From positions 1 through 37,674 of the forward strand of contig DFYA01000056.1 in assembly GCA_002382525.1 (NCBI GenBank): a DNA stretch of 37,674 bases, given 5' to 3'. Shown piece after piece: positions 34,736 to 37,674 of this stretch. The notes below the pieces were generated by a model. That model had not been told where the DNA came from and ran no database searches. It saw nothing but the letters and a program-made list of their open reading frames with translations. The stretch comes from Opitutaceae bacterium UBA4094. GTDB taxonomy: Bacteria; Verrucomicrobiota; Verrucomicrobiia; Opitutales; Opitutaceae. The position numbers were made by a program, and so were the translations under genes. Each line of letters starts with the position of its first letter. Position 1 is the stretch's first letter.

Positions 34736-36256
34736 TCAGGAACCCGGCCGCAGTTGCGGATAAAGAATCACGTCGCGGATGCTTTCCGCCCCCGTGAGCA
34801 AGATGCACAAGCGATCAATGCCAATGCCCATGCCCCCCGCCGGCGGCATGCCGTGTTCGAGCGCGAGCAGGAAGTCGTGGTCGATCTTCTGCTGCTCCTC
34901 GCCGGCCTGCGCCTCGAACATCGCGCGCTGCACGTCGGGATCGTTTTGCTCCGAATAGGCCGGCGCGATTTCCATGCCGCCGATGATCAACTCGAACACG
35001 TCGATCGTGCTCGGGTCGTTCTCGGTGATCTTCGCCAGCGGACACAACTCCTTCGGCAGGTGAGTGACGAACGTCGGTTGAATAAGCTTCGGCTCGATGA
35101 GCTTGCCAAAAATCTCGTTGGTCAACTCGAAGTCTTCCCACTTCGGGTCGGCGTAGAGACCGAGCTTTTGCAGGCCCGCGACCTTCTCGTCCTTGCTGCG
35201 GCTGAACCAGTCGGCGTCGCCGGTCTTTTCGATGATGAGGTCCTTATACTTCACCTCGCGCCAACCCGCCGCGAAGTCGATCCACTCGCCCGAGGCGGCG
35301 TGCTTGATTCGCATTGAAGGACGAGTCACGGCATTCTCGCCTTCACCCTCGGTTTCCACCGGCTTCACCACGTCGCGCACGAGATGGAGGAGCAGGTCCT
35401 GCACGAGCGTCATCATGCCGCGGTAGTCGCTGTAGGCTTGGTAAACCTCGAGCATGGTGAACTCGGGGTTGTGGCGGCGCGAAACGCCCTCGTTGCGGAA
35501 GTTGCGACCGATCTCGAACACGCGGTCGTAACCGCCGACCAGCATGCGCTTCAGGTAAAGTTCGAGCGAGATGCGCAGCACGAAATCCGTGTTGAGCGTG
35601 TTGTGATGCGTCTGGAACGGACGCGCCGCCGCGCCACCGGCGACCGCCTGTAACACGGGTGTTTCGACTTCGAGGAATTGGCGGTCTTCGAGGAAACGGC
35701 GGATCTGCGAGACGATCTTCGAGCGCGTCATGAGGCGCGTGCGCGACTCTTGGTTGACGATCAAGTCGAGGTAACGCTGACGGTAGATCTGCTCGGAGTC
35801 GGTGAGCCCGCTCCAGTTGTCCGGCAACGGGCGCAGCGCCTTCGAGACGAGGGTGAATGAATCCACACGCACAGTGATCTCGCCGGTCTTCGTCATGAAC
35901 AACGTGCCGGTGACGCCAATGATGTCGCCCAGATCGAGCCCCTTTTTGAAAAATAGATAACGCTCCTCGCCGAGCACGTCTTTGCGGAAGTAGAGCTGAA
36001 TGACGCCCTGCTGGTCCTGGACTTTCACAAACGAGCTGCCGCCCTGCACACGGAAGGTCACGAGACGGCCCGCGACGGTCACGGTGACGGCATTGTCCTG
36101 ACCTTCAACGTAGAGTGCCTTGGCGTCCTGAGAGAAGTGCGTGGTGGCGACGTTGGCGCGGAACGGATCGAAACCGGCGGCGCGCATTTCGGCCAACTTG
36201 TTGCGGCGCACCGCATGTTGGTCGTGGGAAATATCGGTCGAAGGAGTCTCGCTCAT
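34736..36256 (-). CDS. lysS: Lysine--tRNA ligase (class II)
   Basis: YRQRYLDLI, FLEVETPVL, GGAAARPF.THHN, FEIGRNFRNEG.SRRHNPEFTMLE, ALEHGMPPAGGMGIGIDRL; start ATG 36256. Confidence 0.98.
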   Translation of the reverse strand: MSETPSTDISHDQHAVRRNKLAEMRAAGFDPFRANVATTHFSQDAKALYVEGQDNAVTVTVAGRLVTFRVQGGSSFVKVQDQQGVIQLYFRKDVLGEERYLFFKKGLDLGDIIGVTGTLFMTKTGEITVRVDSFTLVSKALRPLPDNWSGLTDSEQIYRQRYLDLIVNQESRTRLMTRSKIVSQIRRFLEDRQFLEVETPVLQAVAGGAAARPFQTHHNTLNTDFVLRISLELYLKRMLVGGYDRVFEIGRNFRNEGVSRRHNPEFTMLEVYQAYSDYRGMMTLVQDLLLHLVRDVVKPVETEGEGENAVTRPSMRIKHAASGEWIDFAAGWREVKYKDLIIEKTGDADWFSRSKDEKVAGLQKLGLYADPKWEDFELTNEIFGKLIEPKLIQPTFVTHLPKELCPLAKITENDPSTIDVFELIIGGMEIAPAYSEQNDPDVQRAMFEAQAGEEQQKIDHDFLLALEHGMPPAGGMGIGIDRLCILLTGAESIRDVILYPQLRPGS

Positions 36257-36397
36257 GGGAACCGGCAACCGTGGCGCGCGCGCCAAACGTGCGCAAACGC
36301 AAAAACCCCGGCGGGAATGCGCGTCTCTGGTCACCGATGATCCGATACGCGGCCTCGCCACCGTGTTATTCCTGCGCATGTTCACGGATCAACCGCC

Positions 36398-36919
36398 ATG
36401 AGCCCGGAATCCCTCCACGCCACCACCTTCTCGACCCCCTGCGGCCCCTTCTCGGTCGCGCTTGATCCGAACGGCGCCGTGGTCGCCACCGCCTTCGGCG
36501 ACGTGGACCGCCTGCGTTCGCGGCTGCCGGAAAAGTGTCATCTATTAGGTGACACTTACTCGGCGACCTTTGACGGCATCAGGTCCCAAGTGGACGCGTA
36601 TTTCGCGGGCAAGCGCCGCGCCTTCTCCGTCCGCCTCGCGCCGCGCGGCACCGCATTTCAGCAACGGGTGTGGGCCGCGCTCGCCGAGATTCCCTGCGGC
36701 GAAACCCGCAGTTACGGGCAACTCGCCGCCCAACTCGGCGATCGCGGAGCTTCACGGGCCGTCGGCCGCGCCAACGCCACCAACCCGGTTTGCCTGCTGA
36801 TCCCCTGTCACCGGGTGATCGGCGCCGACGGTTCGCTCACTGGGTTCGCGTTCGGTGAAGACATCAAACGCCGGCTGCTCGAGCACGAGGGAGCGTTGCC
36901 GGCCGCGCTGTTGGCCTGA
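36398..36919 (+). CDS. ogt: Methylated-DNA--protein-cysteine S-methyltransferase
   Basis: GTAFQQRVW..L.EIP.GETRSYGQLA, RAVGRANATNP, active site PCHRV. Confidence 0.95.
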   Translation: MSPESLHATTFSTPCGPFSVALDPNGAVVATAFGDVDRLRSRLPEKCHLLGDTYSATFDGIRSQVDAYFAGKRRAFSVRLAPRGTAFQQRVWAALAEIPCGETRSYGQLAAQLGDRGASRAVGRANATNPVCLLIPCHRVIGADGSLTGFAFGEDIKRRLLEHEGALPAALLA

Positions 36920-37593
36920 TGCGCCACAAATGCCCCTACTCGCGTAACGCGCGCCGCGAGCACCGAGGCGAGCAGCGCGAGTTTCGCGGCGTCCTTCACG
37001 CCGGGCGACGACTCGACTCCGCTGTTCACATCAACAAAACGCGCCCCGCTGCGCGTGATCGCGTCGGCGATGTTCTCGGGATTCAAACCGCCCGCGAGTA
37101 TCCAGGTGTTCTGCGGATGCCGCTCTTGGTGACGGGAAAACTTGGCCCAATCGCCCGTCACGCCCGAGCCACCGAATCCGCCGGCATGGAATGTATCCAG
37201 TAAAAATGACGTCGCGAGCGGCAGCCATTCCAATGGCACGTCTTCGCCCGGAGGTAGCTTCGGCGCGAGCCACAACCGGTGCGCGCCGACCTGCAACGAC
37301 CACCCCTGCACCGTTTCGAACGGAGTCGTGTGCGCGAAATGAATCTGAAACAAATCGAAGCCCGCGGCGATCACGGCGGCGAGTTCCTCGGTTGTCGGCT
37401 CCACCATTACGGCCACGCGCCGCGGACCGGCCGGCAGGGTCGGCGCAAGTTCCTTGTAACGCTCAAGCGTCAAGGCGCGCGGCGATTGCGGATAAAAGAT
37501 AAACCCGAGGTGGTCCGCTCCGACGTCGGCCGCCGCATGGGCGTCCTCGACGCGCGTCTGCCCGCAAACCTTCAAGGTAACGCCGCGAATCAT
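36808..37593 (-). CDS. trpF: Phosphoribosylanthranilate isomerase (with C-terminal extension)
   Basis: KVCG.TRVEDA, GFIFYPQSPR, LLDT..GGSG, ILAGGLNPENI, VDVNSGVESSPGVKD. Confidence 0.93.
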   Translation of the reverse strand: MIRGVTLKVCGQTRVEDAHAAADVGADHLGFIFYPQSPRALTLERYKELAPTLPAGPRRVAVMVEPTTEELAAVIAAGFDLFQIHFAHTTPFETVQGWSLQVGAHRLWLAPKLPPGEDVPLEWLPLATSFLLDTFHAGGFGGSGVTGDWAKFSRHQERHPQNTWILAGGLNPENIADAITRSGARFVDVNSGVESSPGVKDAAKLALLASVLAARVTRVGAFVAHQANSAAGNAPSCSSSRRLMSSPNANPVSEPSAPITR

Positions 37594-37674
37594 GCGCCTT
37601 GGAACGAGTTGATGGTCGCGATCACGTGATCGACTTGCGCGTCGGTCAGCTCGGGGAAGATCGGCAGGCTCACG
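37590..37674 (-). CDS. 3' end of a DegT/DnrJ/EryC1/StrS aminotransferase (partial)
   Basis: Hand translation VSLPIFPELTDAQVDHVIATINSFQGA*, the typical C-terminus of this family; TGA overlaps the trpF ATG (ATGA). Confidence 0.8.
   Translation of the reverse strand, partial: VSLPIFPELTDAQVDHVIATINSFQGA

Noticed and set aside
35285-35370. Short insert in LysS (VETEGEGENAVTRPS) as intein or repeat
   Set aside because: Too short, no intein motifs and no palindrome; likely a variable loop.
36257-36397. Riboswitch or T-box upstream of lysS
   Set aside because: Only 141 nt shared with the divergent ogt; no recognisable aptamer or T-box motif.

Overview
GC-rich bacterial DNA whose gene content (PEP-CTERM proteins, H-X9-DG prepilin, PilX/Verru_Chthon-A-like giant pilin, short HemA) points to Verrucomicrobiota, probably Opitutaceae (inference). 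Positions 1-28.3 kb form an accessory carbohydrate-utilisation locus: three regulators (AraC, LacI, GntR/LacI hybrid) with candidate operators, two PEP-CTERM proteins, two pilin-type proteins plus a companion, a TPR-like membrane protein and several predicted glycan-active enzymes (GH39-like, GH74-like, GH3, GH2/GH158-like, beta-propeller, toroid protein, DUF4380-like). No TonB/SusCD, ABC or MFS sugar transporter is visible in it. Positions 28.4-37.7 kb are housekeeping genes (ccsA-like, hemA, lpxB, Gfo/Idh/MocA, lolD, lolC/E, lysS, ogt, trpF, DegT-family 3' end) interspersed with several distinct palindromic elements, one of which is translated in-frame as the N-terminus of LolD. No rRNA, tRNA, CRISPR array, transposase or integrase was seen. 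All family assignments are from motif recognition by eye, not database searches.
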